A stretch of 64,000 bases of DNA from Squalus acanthias. Taxonomy: Eukaryota. The stretch spans positions 132,496,001 to 132,560,000 of the forward strand of contig CM059432.1 of NCBI GenBank assembly GCA_030390025.1, written 5' to 3'. The position numbers were made by a program, and so were the translations under genes. The notes under the pieces are model-generated. The model ran no database searches and was not told the DNA's origin. It worked only from the letters and a program-made list of their open reading frames with translations. Shown in pieces: positions 50,698-63,137 of the stretch (its first letter is position 1; each line of letters starts with the position of its first letter).

Positions 50698-51859
50698 TAT
50701 GATTCTATGAAACTCAAGCCATGAGCCTATTTGCTGACCTGCCCCTGTTCTGCTGCTTGCCCACTTGTGTTGGTGACCTTACTCTGTGCTGTTGTGGTAC
50801 CTGAACAATCTGGGTTATTACTTTCGCAGACACGTCTTAACCTTCTGCACTCCACACCTGGAACTTTCACTTCAAAGAGAAAGGCACCCATCAATCCAGA
50901 CCGGGAGCCAGTGATCGTGTTTGCAAGTCCACTTCACTGCTTATTTGACTAATCTTGAAGTTCAGAGGCCTGTGTGAGCTTGAGTGGTGTAACGTGTTCA
51001 TCAGTGGATTGTGAGCTGTTCTGTAGTCCCATTGACCTGTGCAGTATCTGAAAGGTTACAGCTGTCTTTGTTGAACAGCAAAGGCACCTTAGAGCTGCTC
51101 AGTAAGCTCAGAGGATGCTTTTGATCTGCCTGGCCAGGAATATGTGACTTTTTGACAGTTTTTTTAACCCTTGTAGTTCCCTGGACAGCCTGGTTAACAA
51201 ATCTGATCAGATGCAGTGATAAAACCACGGCAGTGCTGGGGGACTTTTACTCTTTCTAATATTTTACACACTAAGCAGAACCAGAAGTGAACAGAAACAT
51301 TGCCTGAGAAAATAATACACCGACATATTTAGCCACTTGAATACTAAATTCAGTTTAAAAACTGCAAAAAAAATACACCCACAATTTCTGTCATTTAACG
51401 TTTGCACAAAGCATTCTTGGTGTATTTCTTGGGCTGAAGTTTAAAATTATGAACGTTTGTATTTCCATTACTGTTTTAAAATGCTGTGTAATGTGTGTCC
51501 TGAAGATATATTGAATTCGTGCCCTTGGACTTGAAGGATTGTTGGATTTGCAACACAGGTCCGAAGTGTTATACAATTTGTGTTATATTAACAGGTTATA
51601 TTTTAAAATCAATTCATATATACCTTGCTAAACTGCAGCATTAATATTATGTCAACTTTCATCAATGTGAGGAATGTTACTTGGGAAATGTAATATTTGC
51701 CCATTTTGGACTCCCAGGGTCATCTGCAAGCAATCACAGATCAGTAACACAATGCGCTTAATCCAGAATAAAACTCCCTCTACTCTGCCTTAACGCTTAC
51801 TGCACCAATCCTCTGGCCTGTCTGAGATTTTCAATGCATTACCATTAGTGCTGAAATGG

Positions 51860-52061
51860 ACTTAATTGCCTCTATAATCCCATTTTGAGAGGCCTGTCTG
51901 ATTTTAAGACTTTTCCGACGTGATGCACGCCTCCTCTGAAACATGACGGTGAAACCTGGCGGTAGCACACTTGGATTGCTGACTATCAGTTGCAGGTCAG
52001 GAGGAGGAAGAGGAAAGAGGGGAGAAAAGAGGGGAAGGAAGAGGAGGAGGAGGAGGAGGAG

Positions 52062-52101
<40 letters not shown>

Positions 52102-52378
52102 CTGGGAGCAGACTTAAGTCTCCCTCCAGGTCCCTCTCACAGCAAAGGCCAAAAGTTTCCCAGTCTTTGCAGACCTTAAATGCAGCAGCAATGATGACAT
52201 CATCAGAGGTGACTTTCAGACTGAAAAAACTAATTGGCTCATGGGTTCCCACATGCTGGAACTCAATTGCCCAATTAGGGGAAAATCGAATAATTCTCCC
52301 ACATCCAATTGGAGTCGGGTGGCTAACATGAAAAGCGGATGACACGACCCCAGCCCACCCCATGACAAAATCGAGCCC
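51860..52378 (-). mobile_element. truncated copy of MITE 16907-17575 with (AGG)n(AAT)n microsatellite
   Basis: Terminus AAAATCGAGCCC. Shared internal sequence (translated FSPNWAIEFQHVGTHEPIS in both). Confidence 0.85.
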
Positions 52379-54225
52379 ATAGAGTCATAACGGCACAGAA
52401 GGAGGCCATTCAGCCCATCGAGTCCGTACTGGTTCTCTGTGGAACAATCCAGTCAGTCCCATTCCCTCACTCTATCCGCGTAGCTCTGCAAGTTTATTTC
52501 CCTCAAGTGCCTATCCAGTCTCCCCTTGAAAACATTGAGGGGGACAAATTTGGTTGCTTTGCGCCTCCCGTTAGGGGCGCAAAGCAACTAGCGCACGGGC
52601 GCGGCGATGTTTGCGCTGCTCGCGAAATCGACCAGACATTTTGCGGCAGCGCTAAACACTACTGCCACGATCTCCTGCACCCGCAGATCGTGACGTCAGT
52701 CGAGCATGCAACGCCCCGGTAGCACCCCGGACCGGATATTGAGTGGCGCCCCCTGCCTTACCGCCTGCCGCTAGCAACGACAGGTTGAGGGCAACGTTTT
52801 GCAGTTGGGAAGGGACTGGGGGAGCGCTATTTAAAGGCGACCGCTTCCTGCCTTTTTTGTCGGCGACATTTTTGAACCACGCATTCTGAGAGAGAGAGAG
52901 AGAGAGAGAGACTTCTGGAGAGATTCAACGCTATGTGAAGGAGTTTTGGGTACTGAGCAGCACTTTGCAAGTTCATTTTGATTTGACCTTCCTTGCATCG
53001 ATTTAGAAGAGACTATGGGGGCTGCACTCTGAGCTCTTTCCTTGGGCTTCTCCATTGTTCTTTCCAGCAGAATTGATGTACAGGTCTCTCCAGGCCGAGA
53101 TTCAAGGCTGCAATGAGCAGGGTGTGGATGGAGAGCAAGATCGACCCTCCCCTTTAAGAACTGGCCGGCGCCAGTGTGTCTGTGTTCCATTGCTGACTGA
53201 CATCACATGAACTTCGCCAGCGCTCTGAGGTAGCGCCTCGCTCCTCGGTGTTAGCGCCTTAAGAGAGGTGTGTAGCGCCTGATTTAGCGCTCCAATCACC
53301 TCCAGTGGTGATCGAAGCCAAGTTTGAAGTCGGAGGTGATAATTAGCACCAGGCACTAAACTTTGCGCCCGGCCGATAATTGCGCCCCAAATGGGGCGAT
53401 ACTGATTTTCTCCCCCTGAGTGTCTCCGCTTCCACCACTTCCGTCGGCAGCGAGTTCCAGGTCCTCACCACTCGCTGCGTAAAAAAGTTTTTCCTCACAT
53501 CCCCCCTGTATCTCTTGCCCAAAACCTTAAATCTGTGTCCCCTAGTCCTTGTACCATCAACTAGTGGGAACAGCCTTTCCCCGTCTAGCCTATCCAAACC
53601 CGTCATAATCTTGTACACTTCTATCAAATCACCCCTCAACCTCCTTTGCTCTAATGAAAACAAATCCAGATTCTCCAACCTGTCCTTGTAGCCAAGATAC
53701 CCCATCCCCAGAACCATTCTGGTAAATCTCCTCTGCACCCTCTCAAGGGACTTCACATCCTTCCTAAAGTGTGGTGACCAGAACGGGACGCAATACTCCA
53801 GTTGTGGCCTGACCAGCACTTTATAAAGGTTCAGCATAACTTCTCTACTTTTGTACTCAATACCTCTATTTATGAAGCCCAAGATCCCATAAGCTTTGCT
53901 AACCACTCTCTCAATATGTCCTGTCACCTTCAGGGACCTATGCACATTAACTCCCAGGTCCCTCTGCCCTGTACACTCTTTAAAACTGTGCCATTAAGTG
54001 TATATTGCCTCTCCCCGTTCCTTCTGGCAAAATGCATCACCTCACACTTCTCTGTATTAAATTCCACTGCCACTTGTCTGCCCATTCTGCTAGCCTTTCT
54101 ATGTCCTGCTGCAGTCGATTGGTATCATCATCACTGTTTGCCATACCACCAAGTTTGGTGTCATTGGCAAATTTAGAAATTCTACTCTGTATTCCAAAAT
54201 CCAGGTCATTTAGATATATCAAAAA
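52379..54225 (-). mobile_element. CR1 LINE 3' fragment with nested Harbinger
   Basis: SKFANDTKLG, LYKVLVRPQLEYC, RRLRGDLIEVYK, FFTQRVV..WNSLP. Confidence 0.95.
52539..53416 (-). mobile_element. non-autonomous Harbinger
   Basis: Ends GGGGGACAAATT / ATTTTCTCCCCC, TSD TGA (52536-52538, 53417-53419). Confidence 0.9.
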
Positions 54226-54292
54226 AATTCATCCCTTGAGACTGGGCTGGATACAAACCCAGCTCCCAGAGGTGAAAGCATAGTGTGAAAAA

Positions 54293-54452
54293 AGTAAAGA
54301 CTTACATTTATATTGTACCTGTCACGACCTCATGACGTCCCGAAGTGCTTTACAGCCAATGAAGTACTTTTTGAAGTGTAGTCACTGTTGTGATGTAGGG
54401 AACACGGCAGCCAATTTGCACACAAACAGCAATGTGACAATGACCAGATAAT
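54293..54452 (-). mobile_element. Deu-domain SINE 3' fragment
   Basis: Matches about 60947-61120. Confidence 0.85.
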
Positions 54453-54777
54453 CTTGTGACAGCCACTGCACTACCCAATGCCTCCCCTCTCGCCATCAAG
54501 CCTATTTTTTATAACTATTAGCGACAAGAAGAGGTTCATTTTCATCCACTAACAGAAGAAACAATAAAAAACAGTTGCCTTCTTAAAACATGCCTGCAAC
54601 TTCAGTACCTCATACAAACATAGGATGGCAACTGAAAATGTACGATTAACGAAGTTAACTGACATAAATGTGAATGTCCTTCAAAATGTATACTCGGTAA
54701 CAGATCAAAGAGAATGATTTCAAGTTTGCTATCTCATCTGACAAATATAAACTATTTGAAGTGATCCTTCAATTGAC

Positions 54778-55207
54778 TAGAATGGGCCTATATTCTCTGG
54801 AGTTTAGAAGAATGAGAGGTGATCTCATTGAAACATACAAAATTCTTACAGGGCTTGACAGGGTAGATGCTGAGAGGTTGTTTCCCCTGGCTGGAGAGTC
54901 TAGAACTAGGGGGCATAGTCTCAGAATAAGGGGTCGGCCATTTAGGACTGAGATGAGGAGAAATTCCTTCACTCAGAGGGTGGTGAATCCTTGGAATTCT
55001 CTACTCCAGAGGGCTGTGGAGACTCAGTCGATTAGTATATTCAAGACAGAGATCGATAGATTTTTGGGCACTAAGGGAGTCAAGGGATATGGGATCGCGC
55101 GGGAAAGTGGAGTTGAGGTAGAAGATCAGCCATGTTTTTATTGAATGGCAGAGCAGGCTCGAGGGGGCGTATGGCCTACTCCTGCTCCCATTTCTTATGT
55201 TCTTATT
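54778..55207 (+). mobile_element. CR1 3' fragment
   Basis: GLYSLEFRRMRGDLIETYKIL... and TTCTTATG tail. An uninterrupted counterpart of 7815-8490. Confidence 0.95.
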
Positions 55208-55580
55208 TTAATTGTTTCTGATATCAGTGGAACCACTCAATCAGATTAAGCCTTGTAACTGCTCCGTGCTATATTCTATATATAATCATCGAATAGATTT
55301 TTTTTTCTTCAGGTACTTAGTGGATTAAATTTAGTTTGGTTGAAGTGTTCCACACAAGAAGTATTCCATGCTTTTTCTCATTGGGCACCATTTTTCTTCA
55401 ACAAGCTTCATAGATATGATGTTGGCTTGCTAACAGAGGAGTTCCTCTGATTCTTAGGAGCATTAGGGGCAGGAGTAGGCCATTCAGCCCCTTGGGCCTG
55501 TGAATTTGATTTGATTCAATTTGATCATGGCTGATCTGCACCTTAACTCCATTTTCCCGCCTTTGCTCCATATCCCTTGA

Positions 55581-56288
55581 TACATTTACCCTCGCCGAAT
55601 CCCCCACCATCAACATCCTGGGGGTCACCATTGACCAGAAACTTAACTGGGCCAGCCACATAAATACTGTAGCTACAAGAGAAGGTCAGAGGCTGGGTAT
55701 TCTGCGGCGAGTGTCTCACCTCCTAACTCACCAGAGCCTTTCCACCATCTACAAGGCACAAATCAGGAATGTGATGGAAAACTCTCCACTTGCCTGGATG
55801 AGTGCTGCTCCAACAACACTCAGGAAGCTCGACACCATCCAGGACAAAGCAGCCCGCTTGATTGGCACCCCATCCACCACCTTAAACATTCACAACCTCC
55901 ACTACCAGCGTACCATGGCTGCAGCGTGTACCGGCTACAAGATGCACTGCAGCAACTCGCCAAGGCGTCTTTGGCAGCACCTCCCAAACCCGCGACCTCT
56001 TCCACTTAGAAGGACAAGGGCAGCAGGCACATGGGAACACCACCACCTCCAAGTTCCCCTCCAAGTCACACACCATCCTGACTTGGAAATATATCGCCGT
56101 TCCTTCATCGTCGCTGGGTCAAAATCCTGGAACTCCCTCCCAAACAGCACTGTGGGAGTACCTTCACCACACGGACTACAGCGGTTCAAGAAGGCGGCTC
56201 ACCACCACCTTCTCAAGGGCAATTAGGGGTGGGCAATAAATGCTGGCCTTGCCTGCGACGCCTACATCCAATGAACGAATAAAAAAAA
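55581..56288 (+). mobile_element. CR1/L2-group LINE 3' fragment (second family)
   Basis: INILGVTIDQKLNW, TIYKAQIRNVME.SPLAW, LDTIQDKAARLI, WNSLPNS, FKKAAHHHL. AATAAA and A-rich tail. Confidence 0.9.
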
Positions 56289-56580
56289 CCTTACTTAACA
56301 AAAATCTATCGGTCTCAGCTTGATGTGCCCAACAAAAATCTATCTATTCAACTGGCATCACATCAGTGAAGAGAACACATCGATTGGCATTGGGGTGTAC
56401 TTTTTTATGATCAAGGCAAACAAAGTGTAGAAGGCGATGGTTAAAAAAAAGGTGATTCAAGGGTTGCGCTGAATTCACAATGGCAAGAAAACCGACTCAA
56501 CGTGACTCAAATGTGAGCTGGTGTTACAAAGACTGCGGAGACCTGCTTTAGATGGGCTGATGCCACAATGGACTTCATAT

Positions 56581-58084
56581 AGATGTGAGCTGGGTTTCAG
56601 TGTGTGGAGATGTGAGCTGGGTTTCAGTGTGTGTGAGCTGGGTTTCAGTGTGTGTGAGCTGGGATTCAGTGCGTGGAGATGTGAGCTGGGATTCAGTGTG
56701 TGTGAGCTGGGTTTCAGTGTGTGTGAGCTGGGTTTCAGTGCATGGAGATGTGAGCTGGGATTCAGTGTGTGTGAGCTGGGTTTCAGTGTGTGTGAGCTGG
56801 GTTTCAGTGCATGGAGATGTGAGCTGGGTTTCAGTGTGTGTGAGCTGGGTTTCAGTGTGTGTGAGCTGGGTTTCAGTGCATGGAGATGTGAGCTGGGTTT
56901 CAGTCTGTGTGAGCTGGGTTTCAGTGTGTGTGAGCTGGGTTTCAGTGTGTGTGAGCTGGGTTTCAGTGTGTGTGAGCTGGGTTTCAGTGTGTGTGAGCTG
57001 GGTTTCAGTGTATGGAGATGTGAGCTGGGTTTCAGTGTGTGGAGATGTGAGCTGGGTTTCAGTGTGTGGAGATGTGAGCTGGGTTTCAGTGTGTGTGAGC
57101 TGGGTTTCAATGTGTGTGAGCTGAGCTGGGTTTCAGTGTGTGTGAGCTGGGTTTCAGTGTGTGTGAGCTGGGTTTCAGTGTGTGTGAGCTGGGTTTCAGT
57201 GTGTGGAGATGTGAGCTGGGTTTCAGTGTGTGTGAGCTGGGTTTCAGTGTGTGTGAGCTGGGTTTCAGTGTGTGTGAGCTGGGTTTCAGTGCGTGTGAGC
57301 TGGGTTTCAGTGTGTGTGAGCTGGGTTTCAGTGTGTGTGAGCTGGGTTTCAGTGTGTGTGAGCTGGGTTTCAGTGTGTGTGAGCTGGGTTTCAGTGTGTG
57401 ATGAGCTGGGTTTCAGTGTGTGTGAGCTGGGTTTCAGTGTGTGTGAGCTGGGTTTCAGTGTGTGTGAGCTGGGTTTCAGTGTGTGATGGAGCTGGGTTTC
57501 AGTGTGTGTGAGCTGGGTTTCAGTGTGTGTGAGCTGGGATTCAGTGTGTGTGAGCTGGGATTCAGTGTGTGGAGATATGAGCTGGGTTTCAGTGTGTGTG
57601 AGCTGGGTTTCAGTGTGTGTGAGCTGGGTTTCAGTGTGTGGAGATGTGAGCTGGGTTTCAGTGTGTGTGAGCTGGGATTCAGTGTGTGTGAGCTGGGTTT
57701 CAGTGTGTGTGAGCTGGGTTTCAGTGTGTGTGAGCTGGGTTTCAGTGTGTGTGAGCTGGGATTCAGTGTGTGTGAGCTGGGTTTCAGTGTGTGTGAGCTG
57801 GGTTTCAGTGTGTGTGAGCTGGGTTTCAGTGTGTGTGAGCTGGGTTTCAGTGTGTGTGAGCTGGGTTTCAGTGTGTGTGAGCTGGGATTCAGTGCATGGA
57901 GATGTGAGCTGGGTTTCAGTGTGTGTGAGCTGGGTTTCAGTGTGTGTGAGCTGGGATTAAGTGCATGGAGATGTGAGCTGGGTTTCAGTGTGTGTGAGCT
58001 GGGTTTCAGTGCGTGGAGATGTGAGCTGGGTTTCAGTGTGTGTGAGCTGGGTTTCAGTGCATGGTGATGTGAGCTGGTTTCAGA
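56581..58084. repeat. minisatellite, 21-bp unit GTGAGCTGGGTTTCAGTGTGT with 27-bp variants (+GGAGAT)
   Basis: Directly visible tandem array of about 1.5 kb. Confidence 0.98.
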
Positions 58085-60946
58085 CGTGCCGATGTCAATA
58101 TGGAGACATGAGGTGTAATTCAGGTACGGTGAGTTGGTGGAGATGCTATACCCTGGCTAAGCAGTTTCTCATCCCATGTCGAAATTTGTGGTTCACTGCG
58201 CTGGTAGTCAATACCATACATGCCTTTGTAATTGCTGATTGCTGTGATCTAAGTGCTGTCAGTATGACACAGAGCTTGGATGAATTCACCCCCTAAGGCC
58301 TAGAAAGAGATAGCAAACATTTTTGAAGTTTTAAAAGAGGAATATGTTTTCTGCAAAACTAAAGTAATGGAAAGTAAGAACATGGGCCAGAGATCAAAGG
58401 TAAACAAGAGTTTAACATAAGCCAATCACCATTTTATTGATGTAACCTATTAAGGAAAATGGTGCCTGTAGTAAAAATATGAAGAGCAACAAAAAAGTAA
58501 TTCAGGCAGATGATTAGGACCCAGTCTAATTAGAAGTTGTAAATCCTCTACAGAAGGAACATCAAATCATTTCATTTTAATTGCAATCTCTTTACCCTGG
58601 TGCTAATTATGATGTTTGACATAAATAAAGCGAACTGATTTTTTTTTGCCCACGGAATTCCACTTTAGAAGGACCAGATAATAATTAGATCAATTTCTGT
58701 AAAAAGAAAATAGGGGATTTGCTTATTACTGACAGTGATGCTCAGGCCTAGACAGATGAAAATAACTGGGTTATTCAGACAATCACTTTGGAAACCTTGG
58801 CTTTTTGCATTCTGTTTTCTTTGTATATTGTTTTCCATTTCCCCTGACATGGTTATGCATCAATACATCAGATATGACAGATGCACTTTCCTGAATCCTG
58901 CTGATTGCACATGGAATCTTGCAAGACCTCAGTTGCATACACTATGTGCAATCAGGTCTAGCCAACAGAACCATCCACAAATGGGGGAAGATTAAGAATA
59001 ATAGATGGAAGAACGCGTTTGTTGAATTTTAGAAGAAAAACAGTAGAAATCTGTTACCCAACCAAACCCAACAATGCCCAGTTGTGATATTGTGCAGATC
59101 CTATCCCTTTGACAAAGACTCTTTCAAATGTTGCATTGCGTTCAATTTGCTAGATTTTTTCCCCAATCAGATGAATTATTTTTGTTTTCTTTTAATTAGA
59201 ATCGATAGGATTTTCTAGCCTAGGATTTTCTTTTCCAGTGTACATCTATATATTTCTATCTGTATATTTTACCTGTCTACTCACAAAGTAGTGAACATTT
59301 ACAGTGGTAAGCAATGGAGCAGACTAATAGCATTCAGCTTTCATTAGTAATCAGCAGGAAGGCACAGTTTTCCAGAATTCGCTTAGAGGTACTTAAGGAC
59401 CATCCATGAGCTGTGTGCCCTTTGAAACAAAGGATTCTTCTTCACAGAGAGCGGTGTGATATGTCTTGATCTACACAAGTGAGTTGGTGGCATAACTCAC
59501 CAGTGACCAAGTCGTGAGTGAGTTATGGACAACTTGGCAAGTAGGAATAAAAACCACAGCCTGCAGACACCCCTTTCAAGAAGCCTCCTTCTGGTTCGTT
59601 GGTGAGATTGTTCCCGTCACTCTCTGTTAAGAACACCAACAACACTGGAACTGACATGCTTTCTCCTCCAGTGGTTGGATCCAGTTGGTTGCTGTGTTGC
59701 AGTCACATGCAGCCATCTGGGACTCTGGTTAAACATGAACTAAGCTGCTGGAAACAATAAAGCATCTCTTATTTAAAAATAGAACATATCGGACAAACTG
59801 GGATATGATTTTTTTTTAATCTAGAAAAAATTAGAATTCCTGTTTAAACTTCCTCCCCTCTTGGCCATGGAGTGCTATCATCCGCTAAGCAGGACTCCAG
59901 AGGATAGAAAGACCAATCAGCGAAGTTCACCGTGCTAAATTCCTCTGTGTGTGATTTTTACCTAGCATTAACCTGTATTTTAAATGGAATAACACCTGCA
60001 TAAAAATTGTACTGTGACTGCAATAAGTGCTTGTATGTGAACATCACGGATTGGAATTTCTACCCTCAGATTTTCTGATTCTATTTTTATGGTGGGGGAG
60101 TGATATGTTTAGACAAAGCATTTGCCTTGTACTTGAGCTCGGATTAAAAATGGCCGCTCAGGTGGACTTCCTACTCTCTTATTTCTGGGAGCACTGACTG
60201 TGTTTCTGGCCACGAGCAACCAGTAGGATGTTACCGTGTTTTCATTTGGTGGTGAACCGGCAGTATTGGGAGATGCGTGATACACCCAGTACTACCGAGA
60301 GGAAAATCCAGTTCTGTGCTGCTTGCGATAATATCATCCTCAAAACATCAGATGAAACAATAGTGGACTCCATCTGTCCAGTGCCCGTGTGTGGGATCTT
60401 TCATTTATAACACATTCCGACATTGTGAAAATGCAAAACTTGCATCCATGCGTGTGAGCTCACAATGAACCCTTTGGTCCCCAATTCTCCCCACCGCCAC
60501 CCCCAAATCTTTTCCCATCCTCCTGAAAAGAAAGACTTGCATCTATATTGCACCTTTCATGATCTCAGGATGTCCAAAAGTGCTGATCTTTCCTGGGGCA
60601 CGGTTCCAGGGGAGCTGGTTATTGGCCAGAAACACGCATTACTGTCACGAGAAATGAGACGGTAGTCCACCTATTTTTAACCTAATCTAGAGGTGTCTCA
60701 ACATGTCAGTCCCCTTCACAAAAAAAGGAACTTGACTAGATAATCTGAGGGTAGAAGAGCCCATCAGTGAAGTTGGTATACAAGCACTTATTGCATTCTT
60801 AGTATCTTTCGTAAGTATCCATTCTTCATGTAGGAATTTAGATACTGAGTCTCCTCAGGCTATTGATCTATGGGTGGAATCACAGTTGTGCGTGATCCTG
60901 TCTTCTACAGATGTCCACACATATGCAGTTTCTAGTATGAGTGACT

Positions 60947-61416
60947 GAAAGACTTGCATTTATATAGCGCCTTTCATGACCTCAGGATGTCCCAAAGTGC
61001 TTTACAGTCAATGAAGTACATTTTTTTTGAAGTGTAGTCACTGTTGTAATGTAGAAAACGCAGCAGCCAATTTGCACACAGCAAGCTCCCACAAACAGCA
61101 ATATGATAATGACCAGATCATCTGTTTTTTAGTGATGTTGATTGAGGGATAAATATTGGCCAAGACACCAGGGGTAACTCCCCTGCTCTTCTTCAAAATA
61201 GTGCCGTGGGATCGTGTCCACCTGAGAGAGCAGACGGGGCCGCGGTTTAACGTCTCATCTGAAAGCCAGCACCTCTGACAGTGCAGCACTCCCTCAGTAC
61301 TGCACCGGAGTGTCAGTCTAGATTTTTGCACTCAAGTCACTGAAGTGGGATTTTGAACCCGCAACCTTCTGACTCAGAGGTGAGAGTGCTACCAAGAGTG
61401 AGCCAAGGCTGACACC
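60947..61416 (-). mobile_element. full-length Deu-domain tRNA SINE (SacSINE1-like)
   Basis: tRNA-like head (TGGCTCACTCTTGG A-box, GGGTTCAAAATCCC B-box), Deu core GATGAGACGTTAAACC, tail ATATAAATGCAAGTCTTTC. Confidence 0.9.
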
Positions 61417-61824
61417 TTAGATACTTGAGGTGCTACCAACTGAGCCACTGGCTGATACTGACTGGATATTGATTGAAGGAGGAACCCTTGCCCTTGCCCA
61501 TTTCCCCTTCCCTGAAATGAGGTGAAATGAATACAGCTAATCAGCACAGATTGGGGATTGGCTGAGTACCACACCATGCAGTGGATTTTTCCATCCAACG
61601 AGCCATCCCCATTTACTAGCATTTACTAGCATAACCTAGTTTTCGGAATTTATTTAATTATGACCTTTCTCTCATGAAATGCATAATACCATGGAGGTTA
61701 GTGTGACAATGCTTTTGTATCCACTCAAATCATTGACCATAACTCGCTCATGCAGTGAGCTATGTAGTTGCCTCAATAATATTACATATCCCTTCTCCTC
61801 CAAGTAGCTCCTCAAGTATCTCAA

Positions 61825-62302
61825 GTGTCGGCCTTGGCTCACTCTTGGTAGCACTCTTGCCTCGGAGTCAGAAGGTTCTGGATGCCAGTACTATTCCAGA
61901 GATTTTTTTACGCAGAGAGTGGTTAGGATCTGGAAGGCATTGCCTGAAAGGGTAGTGGAGGCAAATTCAATCGTGGCTTTCAAAAGGGAATTGGATAAGT
62001 ACCTGAAGGAAAAGAAATTTGCAGGGCTACGGGGAAAGGGTGGGGGAGTGGGACTAGCTGAAGTGCTCCTGCAGAGAGCTGGCATGGGCTCGACGGGTCG
62101 AATGGCCTCCTTCTGTGCTGTAACCATTCTATGATTCTATGAACAGTGACTTCACTTCAAAAGTACTTCATTGGTTGGTAAGTGCTTTGGAATGTCCTGT
62201 GGTTGTGAAAGGCACTGTATAAATGCAAGTACTTTCTTTCTTTCTCTCTTTCTTTCTTTCTTCTCTCTTTCTTTCTCTCTTTCTTTCTTTCTTTCTTTCT
62301 TT
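61825..62302 (+). mobile_element. SINE head and tail separated by a CR1 3' fragment (about 61900-62142), with (TTTC)n tail
   Basis: Head 61825-61880, CR1 peptide WKALPERVVEA with ATTCTATG tail, SINE tail 62143-62302. Confidence 0.85.
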
Positions 62303-62978
62303 CCTCAGTGTTTGAGGGGTTAACGTCATTCCTCTTCTTGGCCAAGTTCAATGTTTGCACCTGGTCCAAATGCTGCAGCTAAAGGTTTCATTTGTCGTTT
62401 GGTTGTAACACGTCTGCACAGCCAACGCTTCTGCTTTCAGTATAACTTTAATGAATTAAATTCATCATGTCACAGTGACTACTGTGCAGCTAACGGGGAC
62501 ATAACAATGCTTTAAGAATTAACTGAAGCAAAACTTGCAGCAATCACTGTTTCGAATCAATCTGTCTAGCTGCAGCAGCTCTGCGAAAAGCAGAACATCA
62601 TTGAACATTTAAGTCTCTGAAATTTCTATGGGAACGGCAAATGGAAATGATCAAAAATGCATTTTGGTTTACAGCTGTGTTTCAGAATTCAAAACCATCA
62701 GATATAACTGTACCTCACAGCATTAATGTGACAGATACAGTTCATTATTGTTTATGGGCTATTTTAAGAGGTGTTGAAACTTAATGGGGACTAGGTGAAA
62801 ATACCTCAAGACTCACATTGATAATATGATCTGATTATTTGCCTTAAAGAGAAAGAGAATCTTTCTGACAACGATGTAGGTTGGATTGTTAAATTAATCA
62901 AGTCTAGACAATAATTTTGTCAAAGACTTTTATCATTTTTTTTTTCATTTCTTTCCTTGTCTCTGCTCACTCCCACAG

Positions 62979-63137
62979 ATGAATGGCTGGTAGGAGGAGC
63001 ATTTCAATTATGGACTCGCAAGGTTTCCTCCTCCTCCACTCCCTACTTCCCCCTGCAGTGGCGGAATGCCTCACTTCTGTGTGATACTCCATCTGCCAGC
63101 CCAGCTATAACTGAAAGCAAACAAGCTGGAGTGACAG
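62979..63137 (+). other. candidate internal exon (159 nt, frame-preserving), product unrecognised
   Basis: Long polypyrimidine tract ending CCCACAG at 62978, CAG|GTAGTT donor, open frame EWLVGGAFQLWTRK... Confidence 0.25.

Noticed and set aside
56581..58084. CRISPR-like array
   Set aside because: No unique spacers, no cas genes, vertebrate context.
56475..58296. Long ORFs of (CELGFSV)n, (SWVSVCV)n and (HTLKPSS)n
   Set aside because: Products of a stop-free minisatellite with unit lengths divisible by 3, open in several frames and on both strands.
59448..59478. Possible 31-nt micro-exon (CACAG ... GTGAGT)
   Set aside because: Not frame-preserving, short pyrimidine tract, expected by chance.
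61340..61416. tRNA gene
   Set aside because: A and B boxes belong to a SINE head continuous with the Deu core; no full cloverleaf seen.
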